Below, one piece after another: positions 19,321 through 28,762 of a DNA stretch of 47,395 nucleotides. The stretch lies in NCBI GenBank assembly GCA_964626635.1, contig CAZVFY010000006.1, positions 1 through 47,395 on the forward strand. The letters run 5' to 3'. The stretch is from an uncultured Candidatus Saccharibacteria bacterium. GTDB taxonomy: Bacteria; Patescibacteriota; Minisyncoccia; Phycocordibacterales; UBA918. The position numbers were made by a program, and so were the translations under genes. Each line of letters opens with the position of its first letter. Position 1 is the first letter of the stretch. The notes below the pieces were generated by a model. It was not told the origin of the DNA. It did no database searches and was given only the letters and a program-made list of their open reading frames with translations.

Positions 19321-19418
19321 AATTGCCTACTGCTATTTCTCTGCTGCGGAACTCGCCTAATTATGCCCGCGGCATAGAGCTCAGACAGTCCTAGCGACCT
19401 AAATAGCAGTAGGAAATT
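19321..19418. repeat. Extragenic palindromic (REP/MITE-like) element
   Basis: CCTACTGCTATTT (19326-38) / AAATAGCAGTAGG (19401-13) enclosing GCGGAACTCGC...GCTCAGACAGTCCT. Confidence 0.45.
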
Positions 19419-19489
19419 CTACCGCTCACTGTTTTGAGTCAATTCTCACTACGTATCGAACTGTGTGGTAGTTGTGATAAAATAGTCCT

Positions 19490-19637
19490 GGGACCGCAGC
19501 TCGTATGTTCCGGATATCTATGTTACGGGCTACCTGTAGTCTTGCGACGTGCTGAGGTGCGGACGCGTACTTCAAATAGTCGACGCAGAAAGGGCGCCCA
19601 CCTGATTTTCTTGTCAGGAGCATGCGACTGCGGTCCT
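19490..19637 (+). ncRNA. ssrS: Probable 6S RNA
   Basis: Rod-like fold: GGGACCGCAG/CTGCGGTCCT and TCGTATGTTCC/GGAGCATGCGA closing stem, central bubble, GGGC/GCCC helix, AAAGGGCGCCCACCTG segment, terminal hairpin; TGnTAAAAT promoter at 19475-83. Confidence 0.65.
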
Positions 19638-19677
19638 AACAAAACACACAACCCATTGGGTTGTGTGTTTTGTTTTT
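19638..19677 (+). terminator. Terminator of the 6S-like RNA
   Basis: AACAAAACACACAACCCA-T-TGGGTTGTGTGTTTTGTT plus T-tract. Confidence 0.75.
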
Positions 19678-19682
19678 ATCTT

Positions 19683-19790
19683 CGCAGTAGGTGGAGCCAG
19701 TTTGCGCGTGAGCGGTCGAACGTTAGCGTTCGACACCGAAGAAGTATTCGAGGGAATTAGCGAGCAAGTAAACTGGCTCTACGTACTGCG
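19683..19790. repeat. Long extragenic palindrome
   Basis: CGCAGTA.GTGGAGCCAGTTTGC / GTAAACTGGCTCTAC.TACTGCG with inner GTCGAACG-TTAG-CGTTCGAC. Confidence 0.45.
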
Positions 19791-19804
19791 GTATAATATG
19801 TTGT

Positions 19805-21205
19805 ATGCAATCTTTAGAAAAGAATAACCAAGTAAAATCTAATACTTCTACCTTGGGCTTTTATGGCGGTGTCGGTTCGGTGACCGGCTCGAACTTTATG
19901 TTGGATACTGGCGCGCACGCGTATCTGATTGATTGTGGTCTCGAACAAGGTGATAAATTCGCTGGCGATCGTAATCGTGAACCGTTCGCGTATGATCCGG
20001 CACGAGTGGACGTGTTGTTCGTGACGCACGCGCACGCGGATCACATTGGCCGGATCCCAAAACTCGTACGTGACGGGTTTCGCGGCGTGATCTACTCGAC
20101 TCGACCGACGATGGAGCTAGCGCGGATTATGTTCGATGACGCACTTCATATTATGACCATGGAATCCGAACGAGACGAACTGCCGCTCATGTATAACCAA
20201 GCCGACATTGACCGCGCCATGAGTCAGTGGCAAACCCGTGATTATAACGAGCCGTGGCAAACCGGGGACGTGACCGCCACATTTACGAACGCCGGACATA
20301 TCCTGGGGTCGGCGATGGTCACCCTCGAGCGCGGCGAACGCAGGATCGCTTTTACCGGTGACGTAGGCAATGTGCCACAACCACTGATGGCACCACCTGA
20401 AACCCTGACCAATTGCGACTACATTCTGATGGAAAGCGTGTACGGGGATCGGCTGCATGAAGAAGTGGCCGAGCGCACGGCTATTTTGCAACACCACATC
20501 GAAGAAACCATCCGTAAAAAAGGCACACTGATGATTCCGGCTTTTTCACTCGAGCGCACGCAGGGGATCTTATTTGAGATTAACAACCTAATTGAGTCTG
20601 GCACGGTGCCGAGTATCAAAACCTATCTCGACTCACCGCTGGCGATTCGCGTGACGGACGTGTACCGCGATTCGACCGATCACCTCAAGCCAGCCATTCA
20701 GCAACAGATCAAGAACGGTGATGATATTTTCTCCTTCGAGGGTTTGTCGTTTACCGAGACCATCAAAGAGTCCAATCTCATCCACCAGTACGGTGGACCC
20801 AAGATCATTATTGCGGGGAGCGGCATGAGTCATGGTGGCCGGATCCGCCGCCACGAACAAAAATTCCTGCGTGATACTTCGACCACGCTGCTGCTCGTGG
20901 GCTACCAAACGGTTGGGAGTATCGGGCGACTGCTCCAAGACGGCGCCAAGCAAGTCTGGATCGACGGCGTCGACGTGCGAGTACTGGCAACGGTGGCAAC
21001 GATCCGTGGGTATTCGGGCCACGCTGACCGTAATCAACTGATGGACTTGGTGTACAACGCGACCCTCACCATGAAACCAGAACGAGTGTTCGTCACGATG
21101 GGGGAGGAGCGTGCATCACTGTTCCTGACGCAGCGGTTGCGCGATTACCTTGGATTGAACGCGATTGCGCCCGGAGAAAATGAGGAGATTGAGATTGAGT
21201 TTTAG
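19805..21205 (+). CDS. MBL-fold beta-CASP ribonuclease
   Basis: VTGS, LIDCG, THAHADHIG, AGHILGS, MESVYG, GYSGHAD. Confidence 0.9.
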   Translation: MQSLEKNNQVKSNTSTLGFYGGVGSVTGSNFMLDTGAHAYLIDCGLEQGDKFAGDRNREPFAYDPARVDVLFVTHAHADHIGRIPKLVRDGFRGVIYSTRPTMELARIMFDDALHIMTMESERDELPLMYNQADIDRAMSQWQTRDYNEPWQTGDVTATFTNAGHILGSAMVTLERGERRIAFTGDVGNVPQPLMAPPETLTNCDYILMESVYGDRLHEEVAERTAILQHHIEETIRKKGTLMIPAFSLERTQGILFEINNLIESGTVPSIKTYLDSPLAIRVTDVYRDSTDHLKPAIQQQIKNGDDIFSFEGLSFTETIKESNLIHQYGGPKIIIAGSGMSHGGRIRRHEQKFLRDTSTTLLLVGYQTVGSIGRLLQDGAKQVWIDGVDVRVLATVATIRGYSGHADRNQLMDLVYNATLTMKPERVFVTMGEERASLFLTQRLRDYLGLNAIAPGENEEIEIEF

Positions 21206-21215
21206 TTTAATTAGT

Positions 21216-21614
21216 ATGAAGCAGAAAATATCTATTATCACACTGGGAGTCGCAGATTTACATACTTCCAGAAAGTTTTATGAGGAAACTTTGAAATTTA
21301 ATCCTGTCGACAAGAGCGACAATATTGTATTTTATGACATGGGTACTGTACGACTTGCCTTGTTTCAGTGCGAAGAACTAGCAAAAGATGCAAACGTAAG
21401 TCATGAAGGATACGGTTTTAAAGGATTTACGCTTGCGCACAATTTGGGTAGTCCGACTGAAGTAGATGGACTCTTTAAAAGTTTGGAGCAAGCTGGAGTA
21501 ACAATTGTCAAACATCCCCAAAAGGTCTTTTGGGGAGGGTACTCTGGTTACTTTGCAGATCTGGACAGTAACTTGTGGGAAGTTGCATATAATCCGTTTA
21601 CTGATTTAACATAA
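21216..21614 (+). CDS. VOC/glyoxalase family protein
   Basis: ITLGVADL..SRKFY, FWGGYSGYFADLD.NLWEVA; AT-rich. Confidence 0.88.
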   Translation: MKQKISIITLGVADLHTSRKFYEETLKFNPVDKSDNIVFYDMGTVRLALFQCEELAKDANVSHEGYGFKGFTLAHNLGSPTEVDGLFKSLEQAGVTIVKHPQKVFWGGYSGYFADLDSNLWEVAYNPFTDLT

Positions 21615-21664
21615 AGTCAAACCGCTTGCTGGAAAGCGGTTTTACTTATTCTTCGTGATCAGAC

Positions 21665-22009
21665 TTATTTAACTGCTTCGACAACTCGCTCAAACGCATC
21701 TGGATTCTCGAAGGCAAGAGTCGCGAGGACTTTGCGGTCGAGCTCAATGTTTTTGGTCTTGAGGGCGTGGATGAACCGGCTGTACTTCATGCCGTGCTGC
21801 AGTAGCGCAGCATTGATGCGGACAGTCCATAGTCGGCGGAAGTCATTTTTCTTGTCCTTGCGGTGCGCAAACGAGTGCAGTTGCGCGTGGTAGATCGCTT
21901 CGCGCGCGGCACCGACTTTTTTGCTGCGGGCAAATCGGTAACCCTTTACTTCATCTAGGATGTTGCGGCGGCGCTTTTGCGCCATTTTGCCGCCTTTAAC
22001 TCGGGCCAT
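21665..22009 (-). CDS. rplT: 50S ribosomal protein L20
   Basis: MARVKGG, FRRLWTVRINAA, YSRFI, LDRKVLA. Confidence 0.97.
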   Translation of the reverse strand: MARVKGGKMAQKRRRNILDEVKGYRFARSKKVGAAREAIYHAQLHSFAHRKDKKNDFRRLWTVRINAALLQHGMKYSRFIHALKTKNIELDRKVLATLAFENPDAFERVVEAVK

Positions 22010-22012
22010 AAA

Positions 22013-22255
22013 TTAGTCGTTAGATTCTTTAGATGCCTCGGTCGTGACTTTGGCTTTTTTGCCACCGTTGCCGGGTAGGAAACGAGCCATGTCGCGCGGA
22101 CCTAGTAAATTAGCGAGCGTATTTGTGCGCTTGCGGGCCAATCGCTGCCGACCAGTTTGGCGGGCGTTAAAGTGGTTTTGGCCTGGCTTGCGCGCGACGA
22201 GCTTGCCGTTTTTGGTCACCTTGATTCGCTTGGTGAATGATTTGTTGGTTTTCAT
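22013..22255 (-). CDS. rpmI: 50S ribosomal protein L35
   Basis: MKTNKSFTKRIKVTKNGK...NH; lies between infC and rplT. Confidence 0.9.
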   Translation of the reverse strand: MKTNKSFTKRIKVTKNGKLVARKPGQNHFNARQTGRQRLARKRTNTLANLLGPRDMARFLPGNGGKKAKVTTEASKESND

Positions 22256-22331
22256 AAAGAATATAGATTCGTGTGATCGGGCGATGTGCCGGGGAGACAC
22301 AAAGTGGGGAAACTATAACGTCTTTTGCGAT

Positions 22332-23003
22332 TTAGATCAAGCCGCCCTCGATATCCAACAGGTCATCGAGATCTTTTTTCTTGGATTTGCTCTTAGTCTC
22401 GTCGACGGCGCGTTTTTCAACTTTCTCTTCGATCACTCGTGGTTCGTCTTTGGCGGAGTGCTTGCCGACGCGCTCGAGCGTCGCAGTAAAGCCCTTGGGG
22501 GACTTTTTGATCGGGTCAGCGATTTTGTACTCGGCCGGGATGAGCTTGATGAAGTGGTCGAGCCGATCCTTGAGGAAATCAGCTTCCATGTATTTGTAGC
22601 GACCCCAGAGGAATAGGTCGACCTTAACCCGGTGACCTTCCTTTAGCCACTCGGCCGCCCGACGAGATTTCATTTGTTGGTCGTGTTCGCCTGTACCAAT
22701 TTTTACTTGAACAGATTTGGTTTCCGTTGTATGTGCGTTTTGCTTGGCTTTGGCGGCTTTACGTTTGGTTTCGTAGCGGAACTGCCCGTAGTCAGTGATG
22801 CGAGCGACGGGTGGCTTGGCGTTCGGGCTGATCTCGATTAGGTCGAGCTTGAGCTCTTCGGCCTTTTTAAGCGCGTCACGTGAGGTCATGGTGCCGAGGT
22901 TTTCGTTGTCGGGACCGACCACGCGCAACTCAGCCGCACGGATGGCGCTGTTGATGCGGACGCGGGGTCCTGATTGGGCAAATTTACGGGGGGCTTTTCG
23001 CAA
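22332..23003 (-). CDS. infC: Translation initiation factor IF-3 (TTG start)
   Basis: RINSAIRA.ELRVV, LDLIEISPNAKPPVARI.DYG. Confidence 0.95.
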   Translation of the reverse strand: MRKAPRKFAQSGPRVRINSAIRAAELRVVGPDNENLGTMTSRDALKKAEELKLDLIEISPNAKPPVARITDYGQFRYETKRKAAKAKQNAHTTETKSVQVKIGTGEHDQQMKSRRAAEWLKEGHRVKVDLFLWGRYKYMEADFLKDRLDHFIKLIPAEYKIADPIKKSPKGFTATLERVGKHSAKDEPRVIEEKVEKRAVDETKSKSKKKDLDDLLDIEGGLI

Positions 23004-23141
23004 GGTGAGTGTGTTTTATTGAATAACTACTGTACGTCTGATTGATGCATAGGGCAGACCAGCGGCACAAAAGTAATCAAACTATACAAGGTTAGGCGCT
23101 GACTGACAAGTGGAAGGCCCCGCGGGTGCGGGGCCAACGAA

Positions 23142-23450
23142 TTATCGTAGAACGAGCGCAGCTAGGATACCAAGTGTTCCAATTGCGCTAATGCCCATAG
23201 CTAGCATAAGAATAGCTTCCTTCACTCTTATGCTGTAGCCAATCCCCACAATTTGCAAAATAAGCATTATTACATATGTTTGGAACGATATTCCCACTAT
23301 TGATACCGCCGTCCATGCCTTATAGGTCTGGAACAGTACGGCCGTAGGTTGTAACAATGCGCCCCCAGAAAACAAAAGGTAGAAGAACCGGGAGTTAAAG
23401 AACGGGAGTCGCTGATTGAGCTTCTCCATAACTGCATACGTGGAAACCAT
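23142..23450 (-). CDS. Small 3-TM membrane protein, SemiSWEET/PQ-loop-like; start uncertain
   Basis: Three hydrophobic helices, Q.YK.W...S..GIS pattern, no canonical PQ. Confidence 0.45.
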   Translation of the reverse strand: MVSTYAVMEKLNQRLPFFNSRFFYLLFSGGALLQPTAVLFQTYKAWTAVSIVGISFQTYVIMLILQIVGIGYSIRVKEAILMLAMGISAIGTLGILAALVLR

Positions 23451-23492
23451 TTGCTGAACCTCCTTTGATTTCTTCAATAGAATGTATTTATT

Positions 23493-24992
23493 TTAAATAT
23501 TAGTCAAGTAATCCCACGCCACCTTCATATGCTCCTCTTTTGTCTCCGCCTTCATCCGCTCCAGCATCTTTGGCATCATACGCATGCGGTGGTTTTGCTC
23601 GAATACTGGTTTGTGTGTGTCGATGAAGTGCCAGTACAGCGCGGTCCAGATTACTTCCCAATTCTGGCCGCCGGCTTTCTCGACTGCTGCGCCGCTCTGG
23701 AAGTCGCTCATCTTTTTGATGTAGTTGGCGCCCGAAATGTACGGCTTGGTCGCAAAGCTACCGCCATCTGCGAACTGACTCATGCCGTAGACGTTCGGCA
23801 CCATCACCCAGTCGTACGCGTCGAAGTACATGCCCATGAACCAGCGGTATACGGCGTCGGGATGCAGTTGTGACAGCAACATAAAATTTCCCATCACCAT
23901 CAGTCGGTCGATGTGGTGGGTGTAGCCATGCGTCAGGGCGGTCTGGATGACGTGGTCGACGGGCTTCACGCCAGTCTTGCCCGTCCAGTATGAGTCAGGC
24001 AGGGGGCGGGTATGGCCCCAGAAATTCTGTGAGCGCATTTTTCGTCCGTCGGTTACATAACTGGCACGCATAAATTCCCGCCAGCCAATCAATTGCCGCA
24101 CGAAGCCTTCGAGTGAGTTGATTGGCACGGAGTGTTCTTCTGCGTATGACAGCACCGCATCGAGTACTTCGTCTGGTGTCAGTAGGCCAATGTTCAAGAG
24201 CGGCGAGAGGGCCGAGTGCCACAGGCGTACGCCGCGGGTGGTCATCGCGTCTTCGTACGGTCCAAATGTCTCGAAGCGCTCGGTCAGAAATGTCGTCAGG
24301 TACTCGCGCGCTCCCTCGGCGGTGTACGGCAGCCACAGGGTGGATTCGCCGTAGGTCTCGACTGCAGTGCGTTTCTTGACCTCTGCGACCCAGTCCCGAG
24401 CCGCGACGATCTCGTCATTGCCGTATGCAGCGATGTCTGTCGGCAGGTCGGTGCCCTTGGGAATTTTCTGGCGGTTGTCTTCATGAAACGACCATCGCCC
24501 GCCAGTTGGCTCGCCATCACCGTCGACCAGTACGTCCATATCGAGCCGTAGCTGTTTGTAAAAGCGTACCATGTGTCGCTTACTCTTGATAAATCTGTCT
24601 TTCGTGTTGTTGTGTTCGAGTAGAAACGCCGGTGTTTCGTACCAATGTCGTGTCAGGCCGCTGCCACCAATCGCGCGTTCGAGGTAATCGTCGACGGTGT
24701 CGGCGATGTGTACGTCGGTGACGCCGTCAGCGTGCAACTTTTTAAACACTTCCTCAGTCGTTGGGTAATCGAGGAGAGAGAGGCGGCGAATAGGTTTTTT
24801 TATAGCAAAACCGCGACTCTCAAGGTCACGCTGATACGCGTCCATGGTCAGTTTATGTAATAACAGTTTGCCACGATGAATTGGGTTGTGGGTCAGCACC
24901 AGTGGCTCTTCGACGACGTACACCGCTCGGCCGGGAGTCAATCCTGGATGGTTACTAAATAATTGATGCGGATAGATGACCGTTGCTTCCAT
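23493..24992 (-). CDS. Bacterial (6-4) photolyase/cryptochrome family (PhrB/CryB-like, DPRP domain)
   Basis: IYPHQLF, P.GGRWSF...N, FGPYEDAM, HSALSPLLNIGLL, EGFVRQLIGWREF, HHIDRLM, DAYDWVM.PNVYGM, KPYISGANYI.KMSD. Confidence 0.9.
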   Translation of the reverse strand: MEATVIYPHQLFSNHPGLTPGRAVYVVEEPLVLTHNPIHRGKLLLHKLTMDAYQRDLESRGFAIKKPIRRLSLLDYPTTEEVFKKLHADGVTDVHIADTVDDYLERAIGGSGLTRHWYETPAFLLEHNNTKDRFIKSKRHMVRFYKQLRLDMDVLVDGDGEPTGGRWSFHEDNRQKIPKGTDLPTDIAAYGNDEIVAARDWVAEVKKRTAVETYGESTLWLPYTAEGAREYLTTFLTERFETFGPYEDAMTTRGVRLWHSALSPLLNIGLLTPDEVLDAVLSYAEEHSVPINSLEGFVRQLIGWREFMRASYVTDGRKMRSQNFWGHTRPLPDSYWTGKTGVKPVDHVIQTALTHGYTHHIDRLMVMGNFMLLSQLHPDAVYRWFMGMYFDAYDWVMVPNVYGMSQFADGGSFATKPYISGANYIKKMSDFQSGAAVEKAGGQNWEVIWTALYWHFIDTHKPVFEQNHRMRMMPKMLERMKAETKEEHMKVAWDYLTNI

Positions 24993-25022
24993 ATATATGT
25001 ACAAGTGTATATATTGTATGAG

Positions 25023-25643
25023 ATGAAGCAAGTACTGGAGTACGGAGTCGATGTGGCGGCGACACGCGCTGATCAGATCGAGAAACGGCTATTGTCACAA
25101 GTCGCCCAGCAGACGGCAATGGGTAACGAGCCACGCGTCGTTGATATTGGCTGTGGCGCTGGCGGTGCTGCCACGCGATTGGTCGCTGCCGGAGCGCACG
25201 TGACCGCGGTCGACCGGTGCATTCCTGCAGCAATTAGCTCTACCGCAATTATCAGCTATATTGAGCAAGATGTTCGTGATTGGCTGAATGCCACGACCGA
25301 ACAGTATGACTACTGCCTCCTGAATCGCGTGCTGCACTACTTGTCATATGCCGATGCGCACACTGTAGTGAGCAGTCTGGCGCAGCGGGCAGATTACTTG
25401 TACGTGGGAGTGTCGGGTCTTGGCTCTGATCTGGCGCGCGGGTATCCGACTGCCGCGCACAATGTCGCACACAGACACGGACCACTCGCGCCTGCGGCGC
25501 AACAAACGTTTAGTATCACTGCCGCAGTGACGCTATATCGTGAGTCCGAATTACTAGCCCTCCTAACTGACGCCGGGTGGAGTGCGCGCTGGTCGCGGAC
25601 GACAGATTTTGGGAATGCGATCGCTGAAGCCACGTGTGTGTAA
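25023..25643 (+). CDS. Class I SAM-dependent methyltransferase
   Basis: VVDIGCGAGG, VTAVD, LHYL. Confidence 0.8.
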   Translation: MKQVLEYGVDVAATRADQIEKRLLSQVAQQTAMGNEPRVVDIGCGAGGAATRLVAAGAHVTAVDRCIPAAISSTAIISYIEQDVRDWLNATTEQYDYCLLNRVLHYLSYADAHTVVSSLAQRADYLYVGVSGLGSDLARGYPTAAHNVAHRHGPLAPAAQQTFSITAAVTLYRESELLALLTDAGWSARWSRTTDFGNAIAEATCV

Positions 25644-25709
25644 CTTTGACGCATACAGTAAGTGGTGCGTTACAGTGAGAACACAACTGTTACTCACGAC
25701 AATATATCT

Positions 25710-26696
25710 ATGCCTGCTATCTTTCGAAATCGCGTGTTCAAATACGCATTGTATGCCATTGGCGGACTGCTGGCAGCTGCGATTGCTTTCTGGTTTCTCG
25801 CTAATATGCAATCAAACAGCACGGGATTTTCAAGTGAATCGTTTGATGCAGGTATGGTGCCGGCCGCTTCCCGTGACTTTGGTCGCGTAATAAACGAGCT
25901 CAGTCCGTCTATCCCGCAGCCCAACCCAGCTACTGGTGGCGCAGTCAGTCAGCTTGAGGCCTACGAAACCACTCGTTACGATGTAAGGGCTCGTACCCGA
26001 GCATTCGACGAACTGTGCGCTGCACTGACAGTCCTCAAAGACCGATCCGAAATAAATTTCCGCCAGTTAAACACCTCGACCAACAGTTGCACGGCTACAT
26101 TTTACGTTCCAGACTCCGAGGCGGCCGCGGTCGCAGAAACGCTGCGGGGTTACTCGGGAGTGGAGATCGCGCGCACGACAAATTCGGTGACACGACATCG
26201 CTCGCAGCTGCAGTCACAAGCCAGCATCGTGCGCCAGCAGCTTGCTAGTGTCGAACGCTCATTGGCAGTAGCTGAGACAGAGTTCGACGAAATTGCTGTG
26301 TTTGCACGCGATAGTAACGACGCTGCGACCCTGGCAACGGCCATTCGTGAAAAACTATCACTGATCGACACGCTGACGCAGCGTAAGATTACCCTTACGA
26401 GTCAGCTTGATCGGCTGTTACAGCAATCCGCCGATTTAGAAGAGCGTTTAGGCGTCGCCGAATTCCAAGTCAATGCGTCACGCCTGTTCCCAATCTACGC
26501 CAACGAACGCGCTCAGCAATGGCAGGGAGCTTGGGACGAGCTCAGCAATACATTTACGGATACACTTATCGTATTATCGGCAACATTTGGTATTTTCTTA
26601 CTATGGCTAATCCGAGTAGTTGTCTACGGTGCGGTGGTGATAGTAGTGGTGCGGTTGTTGTGGAAATTTGTACGATTGATCTGGCGTAAGGTTTAA
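25710..26696 (+). CDS. Membrane-anchored coiled-coil protein, DUF4349-like
   Basis: N-terminal TM, central coiled coil, C-terminal hydrophobic helices. Confidence 0.6.
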   Translation: MPAIFRNRVFKYALYAIGGLLAAAIAFWFLANMQSNSTGFSSESFDAGMVPAASRDFGRVINELSPSIPQPNPATGGAVSQLEAYETTRYDVRARTRAFDELCAALTVLKDRSEINFRQLNTSTNSCTATFYVPDSEAAAVAETLRGYSGVEIARTTNSVTRHRSQLQSQASIVRQQLASVERSLAVAETEFDEIAVFARDSNDAATLATAIREKLSLIDTLTQRKITLTSQLDRLLQQSADLEERLGVAEFQVNASRLFPIYANERAQQWQGAWDELSNTFTDTLIVLSATFGIFLLWLIRVVVYGAVVIVVVRLLWKFVRLIWRKV

Positions 26697-26738
26697 GCGG
26701 CTAATTGACAAAAAACCTTTAAATGTATAATTGTACAT

Positions 26739-27743
26739 ATGCATCTATCATACGGACAATTTATTGTGCGCACCTTAATCGTCGCCGCGGTTGCATTAGG
26801 TGTATATGGCCTGTGGCTGGCCGGTACCACGATCGGTATCATTTCCTTTGCCGGACTGTTGGCTATCTGTATCGCTGCACTGACCCAGTGGGCGGCGCGA
26901 CAAACGTCCTGGTCGTATCACAAAATGTTCGCTGCGCTACTACTGCTGAGCGTCCTGCTGGTCGGGGGTGTGAGCTACGCGTTTGGTACGGTACTAAAAT
27001 CACAGGTGGCGAATTTTACCAATGGATTGCCGGCGTTCGTTGACACAACCATGAAAGCGCTGCGCGACGTGCCGTACGGTAATCAGCTGGCCGATAGCGT
27101 CACCTCTCAGGCCAGTACCTTGATTAATTCCTCGACCCTTAGCGATGCCGCGGGGTTGGTCGGAGCACTTGGCAGTGCTGCATTTAATGTCTTGGTGATT
27201 GTGATCATTGCGGGGTTCGTGGCGTACAACGCGCACACGTACAAACGAGTCGTCAGTACATTTGCACCGACGCGAATAGATGGCGATGCGTTACTACAGG
27301 TCACCAAAACCGCCGTAGTATGGTGGATGCTGGCACGGATCGTATCAATGGTGTTGGTAGGGGTGCTGACGTACGTTGGTTTGTGGCTCCTCGGGATACC
27401 GTTTGCGTTTACGCTGGCGGTCATCACTGCGCTCATTTCGTTTGTGCCGAATATTGGTCCCATTTTGTCAGTGATCCCGGCGGCACTGGTCGCCCTGAGC
27501 GTTGGTCCGGCGTATGTGCTGTACGTCGGTCTGTTGTACCTCGGTATCCAAACGCTAGAAAGCAATTTCCTGACGCCGATCATCCAAGAGCGAGCAGTCA
27601 GTACGCCACCGGGCTTGTTGCTGGCGCTACAGCTACTGTTCGCGGTGTGGCTAGGTATTGTCGGACTACTGTTGGCGGCGCCACTCTTGGCGGTCGCGAT
27701 CGCGGTGTATCAGCAGCGGGGGAAGATAGTGAGTGCTAAGTAA
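26739..27743 (+). CDS. AI-2E family transporter
   Basis: Multi-TM; FVPNIGP, QTLESNFLTP, GLLLAAP. Confidence 0.88.
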   Translation: MHLSYGQFIVRTLIVAAVALGVYGLWLAGTTIGIISFAGLLAICIAALTQWAARQTSWSYHKMFAALLLLSVLLVGGVSYAFGTVLKSQVANFTNGLPAFVDTTMKALRDVPYGNQLADSVTSQASTLINSSTLSDAAGLVGALGSAAFNVLVIVIIAGFVAYNAHTYKRVVSTFAPTRIDGDALLQVTKTAVVWWMLARIVSMVLVGVLTYVGLWLLGIPFAFTLAVITALISFVPNIGPILSVIPAALVALSVGPAYVLYVGLLYLGIQTLESNFLTPIIQERAVSTPPGLLLALQLLFAVWLGIVGLLLAAPLLAVAIAVYQQRGKIVSAK

Positions 27744-27750
27744 AATGTAT

Positions 27751-27780
27751 TAGCCCCGCCGACGGATGTCGGCGGGGCTG
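27751..27780. terminator. Hairpin between convergent genes
   Basis: AGCCCCGCCGAC-GGAT-GTCGGCGGGGCT. Confidence 0.6.
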
Positions 27781-27807
27781 TTAGCTGGCGCACCGTATCA
27801 AACCCTA

Positions 27808-28431
27808 TCAACTAATGCACGCATCCTCCATGCTGAGAAAGATATCAGCTATGTCTCGCTGCAGCTTCTCGGCTGAGTTAGCGTGATAGTGGTGGCCGTA
27901 CCCAGGCAAAAAGTCTTGCTGCAGATAGCGACTGACTGGCAGGGTGTCGAGCGAGAGCTTGAAAAGCAGCGTGTCGGCTGGCATTTTCAATTGTACTGGA
28001 GCCCCAACACCATCGGTGATAAACACGATAGCTCTGACATCGCTGTCTCGTAATATGTGTAACGCTATCTGCAGCGCCAAGCCATGATTAGTATTACCAA
28101 GCCGGAGAGTTGGTAGTTTGTCTCTCATGGTGCTGATAAACGTTTGGCGGCTCGCTTCGTTCGTGAGCATGAACGTATGCGGATGATACGCCAACGCCCC
28201 CCAGGGCAGATAGGTCACCTCGGTGTGGCCACATTGGTTCACATACGATTGGACCGCAGCCACAATGGCGGTGGTCTGCGTTCGAATGTTCCCGCTATTG
28301 TGCATGCTGTCACTGTGATCAGCGGCAATCACAATGTGAGACTGCTGACGCCCTTCGGCGTTGGCGGTGAGGTTGCCAGTAGTGGGTAGGTTGGTTAGGA
28401 TTAGTGCAAGAACGATGTATAGAACTCGCAT
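27808..28431 (-). CDS. Secreted von Willebrand factor A domain protein (DUF1194-like)
   Basis: Signal peptide, MIDAS-like DHSDS, GNTN, FITDG; AAGGAG SD. Confidence 0.65.
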   Translation of the reverse strand: MRVLYIVLALILTNLPTTGNLTANAEGRQQSHIVIAADHSDSMHNSGNIRTQTTAIVAAVQSYVNQCGHTEVTYLPWGALAYHPHTFMLTNEASRQTFISTMRDKLPTLRLGNTNHGLALQIALHILRDSDVRAIVFITDGVGAPVQLKMPADTLLFKLSLDTLPVSRYLQQDFLPGYGHHYHANSAEKLQRDIADIFLSMEDACIS

Positions 28432-28534
28432 CACGAACTCCTTCCGTGGATGTATACTATTGACGATAGTAGCGGTGCCGGACACATTTGTAAATAGGAA
28501 AGGGGCCGTCTACGACGGCCTCGCTCACAAGTTA

Positions 28535-28724
28535 GTTACGACCGCAATTGTGCACACCAATAAAACCAAGTTACTTGAGGATATAGAACTGAGTCAGTCG
28601 AAAGCAGCTCTTACTGTACTACATTGATTCGGGTATCACGTTGCCAAGCGCTAACGGTTACCAGTATTGGCAGTACGAGGGGGAGACACTGACCGAACGA
28701 CGCGATCGGATGGAACGGTGGTAA
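28535..28724 (+). pseudogene. Decayed C-terminal fragment resembling a RAMA-like DNA-reader domain
   Basis: Frame 1 ...ELSQSKAALTVLH* then frame-shifted SANGYQYWQYEGETLTERRDRMERW*; no start or N-terminus. Confidence 0.4.
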
Positions 28725-28762
28725 TTGAGTAACTCACCCCTGCGTGCTACTGTAACTACACC

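Noticed and set aside
19690-19705. Fourth cassette site (GGTGGAGCCAGTTTGC resembles site B)
   Set aside because: No RAACC at N18 and no shared arms; it is part of a local palindrome
5909-22616. Numerous antisense or alternate-frame ORFs over ribosomal and housekeeping genes
   Set aside because: Shadow frames of well-supported genes
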